Assembly: GCF_001194135.2 (NCBI RefSeq)
Contig: NC_068999.1
Location: 10,935,077 to 10,967,882, forward strand
Reading direction: 5' to 3'
Source: Octopus bimaculoides
Lineage: Eukaryota
DNA: 32,806 nt
The notes under the pieces are model-generated. The model saw nothing but the letters and a program-made list of their open reading frames with translations. It did no database searches and was not told the DNA's origin. Below are positions 11,796 through 23,048 of this stretch, one piece after another; within the stretch, counting starts at the first letter, position 1, and every line of letters starts with the position of its first letter. The position numbers were made by a program, and so were the translations under genes.

Positions 11796-12515
11796 CCGTT
11801 TTCCCAAAAAGCATTCAAACGCACGTGAAGAATAGATAGCGTAGAGGAAAAGAAGCCGAAGAAGGAAAAGAATCTGAACGAAGCATGTATCAACAGGTTA
11901 CACCTGATATTAATGAATATGACGCGTTACGTCTCAAAGTTAATGTCATCATGTTAACAATGGACGAGATGTCATTACACAACAAAGACTCTACTCTAAG
12001 CCTAATGAGGATAATTAAATATTGACAAACACGCTTATATTTAACTGACAGATCACTTTTGCTATCACCGCTCACACATGCGTACGTACCATGTGCATAC
12101 TTCCACGCTTTCGCACATGCAAACATGCTGCATATATGCGTGCACGTATATGCTTGTGTGCACGTGTACTGTGTGTGTGTAAAAGTGCGTTTGTTATTAG
12201 AATAACGAAAACTCGCGACTGTGATAAAGTACGCAATACCCTCATTACAGTAAAATTTTGCATATTTGTTACTATTATCCAAAATCGACGATTAATTACA
12301 GAGGTAGTTTGATTGCTTTGAAACATTGCACACACATACACATATACACATATATCTATACATGTATGTATGTATGTATGTGTCTGTTATCCTACATTCG
12401 CACAGTTGCAGAGGCACTAAAGCACGTATATTCTACATACAAGAATGGAATCATGCCCCACTACAAACGAAAATAAATTCATAGTCACACAAAGTTGTTA
12501 CGCTGTACAGTATAA

Positions 12516-12746
12516 TATTGGGTTGTCCGGAAAGTTCGTGCCGATTTATAATGGCTTACCTTTCGAATTATTTGCCATGAAACCACCTCAATTCTGGGAA
12601 GATAGTATTTTCAAGTTAAAGGAAAGATGGAGACGCATTGTGCACCAAAATGGTTCATATTTGGTTGATTAAAAATGTAACTGCAAGTATTTATTGACCT
12701 TTTTCTTTCCTTTAAAAATCGGCACGAACTTTCCGGACAACCCATC
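12516..12746 (+). mobile_element. non-autonomous mariner (MITE-like internal deletion derivative)
   Basis: Perfect 29-bp TIRs: TGGGTTGTCCGGAAAGTTCGTGCCGATTT at 12519-12547 and its reverse complement at 12716-12744. TA at 12516-12517. The interior encodes a mariner C-terminus, FAMKPPQFWEDSIFKLKERWRRIVHQNGSYLVD*. Confidence 0.95.
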
Positions 12747-13015
12747 ACATATATCAGGATTCCCACACTCACACTTAAAGAAGGCATTTATCACAACCCA
12801 TCCTCCTATACTCTCTTGAAAAAAACTTTTTCTTAGTCAGAATATCTACATTTGTCGAAACACTTGCAGTTGCCAAGCACGTTCATAGACATTTTCTCAT
12901 ATATCATAACACAGAAATGAAACACTGCTGACCCACCAATAACAGAATGCTTCATTTCACTGCCAAAAATATTGATACTTGCAAGTTGCTCCCCGTTTCA
13001 TTAATCCGTAATACA

Positions 13016-13228
13016 GGTTTCTAGTTTCAAATGTTGGCACAAGGCCAACAATTTTGAGGGAGGTTAAATCTCATACATCGACCCCAGAGTTCAACTGGTA
13101 CTTATTTCATCGATCCCGAGAAGATGCAAGGCAACGTTGACTTAGGCAGCAGTTTAAATCAGACGTTCAAGACGAAATGCCGTTAAGCCTTTTGCCCGGT
13201 GCGGTAACGATTCTGACAGATGGCTGCT
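13016..13228 (-). mobile_element. tRNA-derived SINE (core-domain type, CCCCAAAATTG tail subfamily), diverged
   Basis: Reverse complement: ..GTCAGAATCGTTACCGCACCGGGCAAAAGGCTTAACGGCATTTCGTC...GGGATCGATGAAATAAGTACCAGTTGAACTCTGGGGTCGAT...AAAATTGTTGGCCTTGTGCCAACATTTGAAAC. Same head and tail as 22829-23048. Confidence 0.8.
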
Positions 13229-13719
13229 TTCATTTAATCATAGTATCAATGCTTGTAAGCAGATTTTCATGGATAATTAAGTACGGGGCGATATACGTGA
13301 TGATGATTTGAACAAGAATCAAAATGTATAGTTTTTTTCTCTCTCTCCTTTCACAGTGAGAGAACATATTGTATAAACAAAGACCACTTCCCTAGTGATA
13401 CAATTTTGACGATCAAAATTATGGAGATGTGCTTAGTACGTTAAAGCAGTGAATCGAAACTTTCAACATACTAGAAATGCGATAGTTGATATACATATCG
13501 TTGCTATTATTCAAAAGTGTCGTAAGTCCAACACGTTGCTTTTTCAGAAAACGCTAAAATGGTTTCACTATCCCATAGCAAAACCGTTGTACTACACTTT
13601 GGCAATTTTCATGCTCGGTAACGCTCTTCCAAAATCAGTTCATGATCAGCACTGAGTTTAGATCACTTTTATAATGATTTTAAAGTATGTGGACTTTTTC
13701 TTTTATCCCCTTTTTTTTT

Positions 13720-14030
13720 TTACTTGTTTCTGGCATTACACTACAGCCATAACTGAGCATCATTTTGAAGAGTTTTAGTCAAATGAATATTGAAAGCCTG
13801 GTTCTTATTCTATCGATTCACTTTGGCGAACCACTATATTATATGAACCTAAACGTCGGATATCAAGTTGTGGCAAGGTGAAACATAGACTCAAGAGCGT
13901 GCGGTGTGACATATTCTTTTAGTTTCCGTCTAAGAGATTCCATCAGAAAAGGCTTACAGAATGTGCAATGCAGAGGGACTGAACCTGGAGCCATGTGCTT
14001 GTGAAGCCAACGCCTTACCTCACTACCACG
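13720..14030 (-). mobile_element. old full-length copy of the bipartite SINE, linking the 1-226 half and the 10876-11103 half
   Basis: The left part matches the reverse complement of 10876-11103 (TTACTTGTTTC..., GTTCTTATTCTATCG..TTTGGCGAACC). The right part matches 85-226 (TTCTTTTAGTTTCCGTCT..., GGGACTGAACCTGGAGCCATGTG). Confidence 0.7.
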
Positions 14031-14083
14031 TTTGTGATTATGAAGAAAATATTATAAGAATGTATAAGAATGTATAAGATTAA

Positions 14084-14310
14084 GGCAGCGAGCTGGCAGA
14101 AACGGTAGCACGTCGGGCGAACCACTTAGCAGTCTTTTGTCTGCCGTTTCGTCTGAGTTCAAATTCCGCCGAGGTCGATTTTGCCTTTCATCCTTTCGGT
14201 GTCGATAAATTAAGTACTAGTTACGCACTGGTGTCGATGTCATTGACTTAATCCGTTTGTCTATCCTTGTTTCTCCCCTCTATGTTTAGCCCCTTGTGAT
14301 CAGTAAAGTA
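14084..14310 (+). mobile_element. tRNA-derived SINE with an 18-bp target-site duplication
   Basis: A-box-like AGCTGGCAGAAACGG, B-box-like GAGTTCAAATTCC, central GCCTTTCATCCTTTCGGTGTCGATAAATTAAGTAC. Direct repeat ATAAGAATGTATAAGATT at 14064-14081 and 14311-14328. Confidence 0.92.
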
Positions 14311-14875
14311 ATAAGAATGTATAAGATTCTTTAACGAATTATAAAGATCAATCAATATTAATAAACGCTAAAATAATTTATAGGATTAAAACGAATTATA
14401 CAGATTTATATAGGCCATAACTTTGTGGATGAAACAATATTCTCAAGACATTTCCCAAGGCTAGAAGCAAATTGAATACATTTATTAAATTAAATTAAAT
14501 TATATAAAATTAGTCATCGGTATATGTTGTTGGTAAAAAGAGCGGGTAAATGTAGCCTAAATATTATCACTTATATGGATTAATTGTATACGCTATGCTA
14601 TTTAAATATAAATCATGAATCTAATTACTAGTAATTAAGGTCTATATTGTAGGGTTATAGACAATTAGCTTGCCCTCGGAGGCGACTTTATTTCATCAAC
14701 TCAGAGTATGAGAAATTTCAATGGATAGAATACGTGCATTTGATACTTAATTTATCCGACCTTTTAATACAAGTATACTTGCATTTTAAGAGTTCCACCA
14801 ATTGCAGAGATTGCAACGATATATATCGCCAATATAAGGCTTAGTGTGTGTAGCGATGTTTGTACTTTCATTCAG

Positions 14876-14924
14876 AGACCTTCGCGAACGGCGATTTCCA
14901 TCTTATTTATCTCAACTTCTAAAT
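14876..14924 (+). CDS. candidate short internal exon (49 nt), product unknown
   Basis: Acceptor TTTGTACTTTCATTCAG| and donor |GTATGT. Open frames are (x)DLRERRFPSYLSQLLN and RPSRTAISILFISTSK. No homology recognised, so this may be chance. Confidence 0.3.
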
Positions 14925-15053
14925 GTATGTACATGATAAAGTAAACTTTATTTATTAATGAGAGAAGTGGATCATAACGCAAACTTTAGAAACGTCAAAT
15001 TTGTTTGCTAGTTTGCAGACAAAAGCGTAAATTTCGAACGTTGTATAGCTGTG

Positions 15054-15084
<31 letters not shown>

Positions 15085-16029
15085 GAACGTGTGTATATAT
15101 CTATTTGTGTATGCATGTATGTTTATCTGCGTGTCCATCAAATCTTGCTCCGGGTATTTAATTTGGTCAAATATGTTTCAGCCACTAAACAGTCAGTTCC
15201 ATTAACTGATTACTGCAAAAAGAAAAGCGAAAACAGAAAGAAAGAAAGAAAAAACAGAAGTGTTAACCTGACTCTTTCTGGCAACTTTACTGAACGTTTA
15301 ATAACCACAAACACAAATTCCACATCATCAACAAGTTTAAATCAATAAATCTTTGCAACGGCGAGTCAAGAATTGTCGTGAAGCACCTCCCAGCGGAATT
15401 AACTTTAATTAGAAACTCTAAACAGTAAAGTGATGTATATGCAGTGAAGATTTCCTCATTTAGTTTTATAAGAAAATAAGGCATCTTATTTATTTAGCGA
15501 ATTCAATATTGGTTAATTCTATATCTCTACATTAAAATTCCTACACATGACAGCTTAGAACTATGTGAAATATTTCTACAAACGATATATGGCAGCATCT
15601 TAGATTATGCTATAGCATGGCAAAACATTGGGTACCCAAAGTGTGAAGGGGGTGGCTCTTAAATGTGCCTGTGTGTATGTGCGTATCTACGTATGTAGGT
15701 GTATGTTCATCAGTAGTATTCGTAACATTTAACGCAGCTTAGCCTAAAATGGCGCATTTTGTAGTTAATATTTTGGTTTTCATTGTTGTAACACTTACAA
15801 AGCGAACTACTCTAAAGAACTCTCATCTTCACGGACGCAATGGCCTGTATTCTTCACGCAAAATTCATGACCAAGCCGCAGACAGTTTTAAGATGAGGGC
15901 TTCCCAAGTATGCTTAAGCACACAAAGACACAGAAACACAGACAAGAACATACCGTCGTACAAACATACATACATAAACATATACATACATACATACATA
16001 CATGACTACCGGTTGTATTACGTTACATA

Positions 16030-16059
16030 CTACAAGTAACACTCAATAGCACACACAAC

Positions 16060-16155
<96 letters not shown>

Positions 16156-16359
16156 TATGTGTGAAGAGTGTATATGTATTTGTGTGTGCGTGCGTGTGTT
16201 TGTGTGTGTATATAGTTTGTGTTTTTGCAAGCGTACACATAAATTAAAAATACATAGATATATATCTTACATATGTATATATGCCTATATACATACATAT
16301 ATATATTATATATGTTTGTGTATATATATATATGCATATATATAGATATAGATATATAC

Positions 16360-16398
<39 letters not shown>

Positions 16399-16500
16399 TA
16401 CATATATATATACATTTATACATACAAACATACATACATACATGCAGACATACATACGTATGCACATCAGTGTCAGTGTGCGTGTGTATATAAACGTGTG
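16030..16500. repeat. compound (CA)n/(AT)n/(ATAC)n microsatellite field
   Basis: Seen directly. Confidence 0.9.
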
Positions 16501-18834
16501 AATGTTTATCATTCTGCATAACTTGTTTATCTTCATCAATTGTGCTAACCTTTTGCGTTAAAAGTAGATAATTCCATTTACTCACGCAAGCATACAACTC
16601 CTTAAATTGTAGATATCAGTACAATTATTGCAAGGAAGAAACAGATTTTCGCTATCGTACACGCAAAGACACTCACGTACTGAAATAAATGCACACACAA
16701 CCACTAGCAGACACATGCATGCATAAAACTTACACACACACGTATACACACGTATACATTTATATTTATATTTGTCTATCTGTTTTCATTTGTATCAAAT
16801 TTTATAAAAACTGTTTGAAAATTAAAGTGGCTTTGTCTGACGAATATTTAAATGAATACAAAGTTATTGCTAATCATCTACAGTCATTTATAATCGCAAT
16901 AACAATGAAAAAATATTAATAATAACGGACTTACAATAAAGTATAATAAGAATAATATTAATAATAGTACCAACGATAAACAAAAGAAAAGCAGAAAAGT
17001 AAAAATATCCATCATATTTTCAAAATAAAAAATATATAATAATGCAAATAATATTAACCATAATTTTAATTTTTGATAATAATTATAATAAAAAATAATA
17101 ATGATAATAATAATCATGATTATGAAATATAATCGTGATGATCATCATTATAATAACGTGTGTAAATGCCTCTGGCAATTGAATATTAAAGAGCGTTTCT
17201 CATTCTTAAAGATAACTATGTTTGTTAGGTTCGTAACGTTAGTTATCTTTATTCATGTACTTTTTTCCCTTTTGTTTTTAACTATTATCTTATACTTTCT
17301 TTCACAAATTTGCTGATAACCTCCGTGAAAGAATTTCTTTCTTTCTGTTATTTGGCTTTTCTTTTTTTTTTTTGTCATTTATTTTTCGTTCTTGATAATC
17401 GACAGAAAGAACTATTCATAGATATCTCCTTGCTCTGTGTGAATCATAATACGATGGGAATTATAATAGAAAATATCGTGTGAGATAACTGTTGATTATA
17501 AATTATTTTTGTAAAACCATAAGACAGCTCACACGCTATGAAGACACACGCGTGCAAATAATCGAACACAACTACAAGTGCACATATACGCACACACATA
17601 TACACACATACATGCTGATAGGCGCTCACATATATAAATTTGCGCGCAACACTACTTGCAAGAAAGCGCATTCACACACACCCGTGTATTAGATAAATAA
17701 TAAACGAATTTATATGCTCATGCATATACCTTTATACATACATGCACACATATATACACGCATATATATATATATATATACGTTCAACAATATATATGCT
17801 AAACAATAAAATATAGGTCAGTATATTTAAACTTTAGATGCTGGTTTGAATATGCGTGTATTATCAATCTGTAATTCTAGTGTGGATGTGTAGTTGTATG
17901 ATTAAATGCTTACAAGGATCACATACAATTTTACGCAAACTTATACATGAAGAAATCGAGTCACAGGTAAGCACGCGCCCACACACACACACACGCCAAC
18001 ACACACACACACCCACACATTATATATATACACACACACACACGTTAGCATAGGCATTTATGTGTGTATGCATGATTTTATTTACGTGTGTGCGTGTCCC
18101 TGTAAATAGCATGATTAAATCGTCTTATTTAGCATGTGTTGAAGAAGCTCACTCATATTAATTCTGTCTTCTACAAACAGTATTTGATTTTCTTAATTAA
18201 TTTAAATTATGATGTGCCTGATGCGTTTAATAAAGCACTTTAAATTAATTATCAGAATCCTTCCAACTGGTACTTACCAGTTCTTTGCCGTATCTATAAT
18301 ATATGATTTGATTTACTTACGCATTTGTCAGATGGAATTATATATAAGTCGCTTATAGATGTACGAATATACAATAGTATCATTCTAAATAAACGTTTGT
18401 GCAATTCTCTATGTGGAAATTCAACGTGTTAATTCTCATGAAGGATCGTAATGTTTTCAAAAAATATTGCAAGTATAAAACTATATTTATTAGGTCTGTA
18501 AAATAAAGACACAATAATCATAAATTCTGTGGTATATATTAAACCAAGGCTGGCCTAAGGTTCTACAAGTCAGACGGTTCTGAAATGTGACAGCAAATGT
18601 CCTGAGTTTTACAAAAGTACCCAAAAGGGAATACACATAAGATGAAACGCTAAAATCCTAGAATTTAACGATCTGGATTCCTACTAACAATTCATCATTT
18701 CTTTATATTCCCTGTGAATGAACGAAAGGACCCTATACATAAATATCCACTCTAATTGCTTTTAACTATGTAAGTAAAATATGGATGTCCTCAGTTAACG
18801 TTAGCGATGAAGTTCCGATACATAGAAATTCTTT

Positions 18835-18975
18835 TTAAAACATACAGGATAAAAAAATTTGATCTAATTGAATTAGTCTGAGTATTCTGGCAAAATGTTT
18901 TAAGGACATCATCCGTAGGAATGCAACGTCATAAATTATATGATTTTCACTGAAAGCTGTACAGCTTAGATCATA
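18835..18975 (-). mobile_element. possible piggyBac-type transposase fragment
   Basis: Minus-strand peptide FSENHIIYDVAFLRMMSLKHFARILRLIQLD resembles the piggyBac/PGBD motif xMSxxRFxxILRxLxFD. Short, and flanking motifs were not convincingly found. Confidence 0.4.
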
Positions 18976-19582
18976 TTCTCGAATATATATATGTATGTAG
19001 GTGTGTTTGTGTGTGAGTGAGAGTGTGTGAACATACATATATATGTGTGTGTGCGTGTGTGTATATGTATGTATGTATTTATACTTTGAAACAATCTCAT
19101 CGCAAATTAAGTGAATTATTGCTTTATTTAACTATTTCCTCCTTTAGAAACAATACAAAAGATAAGACCAAAGCATATTCACAAATACGAAAAAAGATAC
19201 GGGAATCAAAGATTTTATCGCATATAATCAGACAAACGTCATTTTTCTCTCATATAAAAGACACTTTTTGGAGATTTAACATGAATGTGGCTTGAAAACG
19301 CAAAAATGCTTCCAAACATTAAAAGGAGAAATCTGAAACACAAGAAACTGCTACAAGTTAAGGAGATAAAGCAGTAAAAAAGCTACGTAAAGTGAGTGAA
19401 TAGGTGCGAAGGGAAGGAATAAGTGGTACAATCCGAAATGGAAATTATATAACTGCTAATCACTTCGTATATTCATGAGATAAACTGAGTATTCTAGGAG
19501 TGATAATAGTTAGCAATATTCGCTTTTATTTGCTACGGTTTTGTTTAAGACAAAGTACATAGAATTCATCAAGAATAAGCCC

Positions 19583-19810
19583 AGGTGAGCTGGCAGAAAG
19601 GTGAGCACGCAGGGCGAAATGTTTAGCGGTATTTCGTCTGCAGTTACGTTCTGAGTTCAAATTCCGCCATGGTCGACTATGCCTTTCATCCTTTCGGGAT
19701 CGATTAAATAAGTACCAGTTACGCAGTGGTGTCGATATAATCGACTTAATCAGTTTGTATGTACTTGTTTGTCCCCTCTGTGTGTAGCCCCTTGTGGGTA
19801 GTAAAGAAAT
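19583..19810 (+). mobile_element. tRNA-derived SINE with a 12-bp target-site duplication (same family as 14084-14310)
   Basis: GGTGAGCTGGCAGAAAGG...GAGTTCAAATTCCGCC...GCCTTTCATCCTTTCGGGATCGAT...GCCCCTTGTGGGTAGTAAAGAAAT. Direct repeat AAGAATAAGCCC at 19571-19582 and 19811-19822. Confidence 0.93.
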
Positions 19811-19900
19811 AAGAATAAGCCCTCATCTTCCGCAAAAGGAAGTTTCAATAGTTATAAATACACACATGCTCGCTTCTAGATGCGTATGTATGTATGTATG

Positions 19901-19939
<39 letters not shown>

Positions 19940-20265
19940 ACACGCACACATACACACACAAAGAATAAGGATAAAGATTTTAGTTTTTATGTTTATATTA
20001 CGTACCACTGTCCATTTCTGGAATTGTAACGCAGTTTTGTAGAAATTAACACAGTAGTAATTAAGAATGTAATTAATTACCTAAAATTCCTCGCTTTACG
20101 TGAGAATGTATCTTGATCTTTCTTTCTCTCTCTCTCTGTTCATCTCCGCTACCTATTTCCCTTTTTCTACTCACATATACACAAACACACTGACCAATAT
20201 ACATAATTAAGCATGTGTGTTGGTATACATCACCGTCTACATATTATATATGCGTTTCTGTACAC

Positions 20266-20396
20266 CAAGGATCACCAAATTTTTTCGACCATCGACCCCC
20301 TTTAACTAGTTCTCCTTCCTCCTCGACCCCCCTTTATCCGATTTCCTTCCGCATCGACACCCTTTAGACTCTTCTCCCTCCTCATCGACCACCCTC
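20266..20396 (+). repeat. four TCGAC-cored units at exact 31-bp spacing; possible DNA-transposon subterminal array
   Basis: TCGAC starts at 20292, 20323, 20354 and 20385. The first three continue (C/A)CCC(CC)TTTA plus a variable pyrimidine-rich linker. Preceded by CAAGGATCACCAAA. Confidence 0.7.
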
Positions 20397-21311
20397 ATTT
20401 AAAACAAATCAATGCCCTGCCCTACTGTACCATATCTTAAATGCGTACCGGGTACTGATGCTGGCAATTAAGATATCGGCTAAAATATACACGTACGACA
20501 AATTCAGAAGTTCTATTGAAAACAACACACTTTTTACATTTAAAACTACGTGTACTTCAATATGGCTGTTCCGTAGGAACCGACGTTACTGTCGTTTTTA
20601 ACCCAAAGAGGTTTTAACCACAGATAGTTATCCTTGCAAGTAAGAGAGCAAACACCTACTGTTTTAATGCAGGTAATTTCTGAGCTCTCTGCTATCAACC
20701 AGCTTGTGCTAACTTGCCGCAACAAAGATAGTTTCCACCAAAACTAGCAACAATAGTCAAACGCAGTGTGTGAATGGGTGATGCATATGAGCAACAGTGT
20801 TTCCTTTTATGCACATATCACCATGATGGTGGCATTGTGCAGACGAATGTCTGGATGGATACAGAGGCCATCAAGAATAACGCTGGGGGACTATACTGTC
20901 CGATGGACGACATTTGTTCTCAGCCAATTGCACTACTGCTCCCATCTATGAATTCCGTCAAGGTAGCAGTTGGTCCAAAGAGAAAGACTGAAAAAATTAC
21001 GACTCAGCTCCTTGGAGAGATAACGGGATATATGTGCAGTCTAGAAGAAGAAGGAGATAATGCTGTTGTTGGGATTCGAAAGACTACAGCCATTTAAAAT
21101 CTTGTGAAAAACTACGAAGCGGAAGTACGTATATTTAAGAAGCAGTGTGACCTCTAGCGGATGGATCTGCATCATTGCCAGATACTAAAAAAAAAAAAAA
21201 AAAGCAGTAATCTCAAAGAATCTCATTCACGAAAAGCCAACCAAGATTAGTGATAGACAAATAGGTAGATAGGTAAATAGATACACGCACACACACACAC
21301 ATACACACACA

Positions 21312-21368
21312 NNNNNNNNNNNNNNNNNNNNNNNNNNNNNNNNNNNNNNNNNNNNNNNNNNNNNNNNN
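21312..21368. other. assembly gap (57 N)
   Basis: N-run between (CA)n and (AT)n. Confidence 1.
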
Positions 21369-21919
21369 ATATATATATATATATATATACATATATATAC
21401 ACACACAGACACACACACACGCTCACACGCACAAACAAGCCCCTTCCAATTTGGTATAATTCTGGATTATACTTATGATTCTTTGAAATTTCCATCATGG
21501 TCTCCCGTGATTCACATTCGATTAAGATCAATATTTGATTCTAATTATGCATCACTATGCATACAAACCTTCGCGCGTGCAAGCACACACACACACACAC
21601 ACACACACACAGCCATTTTCACATAAGTACACTTCCACTTGTATCTCATCTTCCACCCCTTCCCATCAATGTTTCTTCTCTCATCAGTGCATTCTTTTCG
21701 TAACGCTTATCCCATTCACGCCTCCTTTCCTTTACCATTTTCTTTTCCCCTTACCTATCCAGTGTACTAATCTTTTTCAAGGATTCCTTCTAAACGTGAC
21801 CGTCAGCAAAATGCAACCTCAAATGTGATTTGGGTTTTGATACGATTAAACATATAGAGTTCCCTACCGAATGTTTTATGAGATCCAGTTGGTAAATAAT
21901 GCAGTAAATCCAGCTTTGC

Positions 21920-21941
21920 AATCTATCTATCTATATATCTG

Positions 21942-21975
<34 letters not shown>

Positions 21976-22125
21976 GCTTATCTATTTATCTATCTATCGA
22001 TCTATCTATCTATCGATCTATCTATCTATCGATCTATCAAGCACTTTGTAGATAGAACACCCACTCCTTGTGTCGGCGTGTGTGAATATATACACGGAAA
22101 GAGAGAGAAAGAGAGACAAGACGAG

Positions 22126-22176
<51 letters not shown>

Positions 22177-22180
22177 CGGG
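21920..22180. repeat. (TCTA)n array followed by a (GA)n array
   Basis: Seen directly. Confidence 0.9.
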
Positions 22181-22507
22181 GTGAAAGAGAATTCGACAGA
22201 AGTAAATATAATGATGCATGTATCTTTAAGCCATATACATTAAATATGAATAATCGATCAATATTAGACAAAAACAACAAAAAATTTCGAGTAGATTAAA
22301 ATTATATATTTTCAATCTGACGTTGAATATTTCTTTCATGAAAATGATTAATGAGAAATAGAGTAATCAAGAGGATTATAGATTAAAGGGAAACGGATAC
22401 GTCTTCTGATCTGTCAATTTAGCAAAAGCTAATTACCTTGTATACATTATTACAACCAGTTAGTGTGTTAGTCGAAATGTTTCTGCATTTAACATGTTAG
22501 GTTCAGA

Positions 22508-22601
22508 TATGGCAGATGGTTAAGAAGCTAATATCGTAAGCACATGGTTCCGGGTTCGATGACACTTCGAGGCACTTTCCCCTAATGTGAACTCGGTAGA
22601 T

Positions 22602-22638
<37 letters not shown>

Positions 22639-22650
22639 TGTGTTTGTATG
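22508..22650 (+). mobile_element. tRNA-like SINE head followed by (TG)n
   Basis: TGGCAGATGGTTAAG (A-box-like) and CACATGGTTCCGGGTTCGAT (B-box-like; same as the 1-226 head). Confidence 0.65.
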
Positions 22651-22828
22651 TGTGGGCGTGTGTGGGCGGTGCTGAATTTACGTTGGTTTCTAATTCCCAG
22701 TAATTTAGCAGATCGACAAAAGTGTAATCATTTGCTTGATTAAACAGATTAAGATGTAGCCCCAGCATAGGCGCAAGCAAATCTAAAGGATTGAATGTTC
22801 TTTTTCATTATTTACATCCCCACAAGTT

Positions 22829-23048
22829 AGCAAGCTTGGCGGAACCGTTAGTACGCTGTGCAAAATGCTCAGCGGAATTTCGTCCGTCTTTAATGATGTG
22901 AGTTCAAATTCCGCCAACGTTGACTTTCAATATTTCAAGTCGATAAAAAAAATGTTTAAATACCAGTTAAGTACTGGGGTCAATTTAATCGATTTGGCTC
23001 CTTCCCCCAAAACTGCTGGCCTTGTCTCAAAATTTCAAACCAATATTT
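22829..23048 (+). mobile_element. tRNA-derived SINE (CCCCAAAA tail subfamily)
   Basis: GGCGGAACCGTTAGTACGC...GAGTTCAAATTCCGCC...TACCAGTTAAGTACTGGGGTCAAT...CCCCCAAAACTGCTGGCCTTGTCTCAAAATTTCAAACCAATATT. Confidence 0.85.

Noticed and set aside
11885-12028. Short plus ORF MYQQVTPDINEYDALRLKVNVIMLTMDEMSLHNKDSTLSLMRIIKY
   Set aside because: Protein-like by eye but under 50 aa, with no splice support or recognisable family.
13357-13521. 165-nt segment between a strong acceptor and GTAAGT
   Set aside because: Stops in all three frames, and the pyrimidine tract is a (CT)n repeat. Not callable as coding.
18265-18282. Palindrome AACTGGTA-CT-TACCAGTT containing a consensus minus-strand donor
   Set aside because: Arms of 8 bp are expected by chance, and AACTGGTACTTA also occurs in the local SINE core.
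20285-20396. CRISPR-like look of the repeat-and-variable-linker array
   Set aside because: Eukaryotic context, an ~11-bp core, related low-complexity linkers and no cas genes.
21755-21789. Minus-strand 35-nt candidate exon (KESLKKISTLD, AG|GTAAGG), overlapping a plus-strand TACTAAT..TTTTTCAAG acceptor
   Set aside because: The signals on opposite strands conflict and neither peptide is recognisable.
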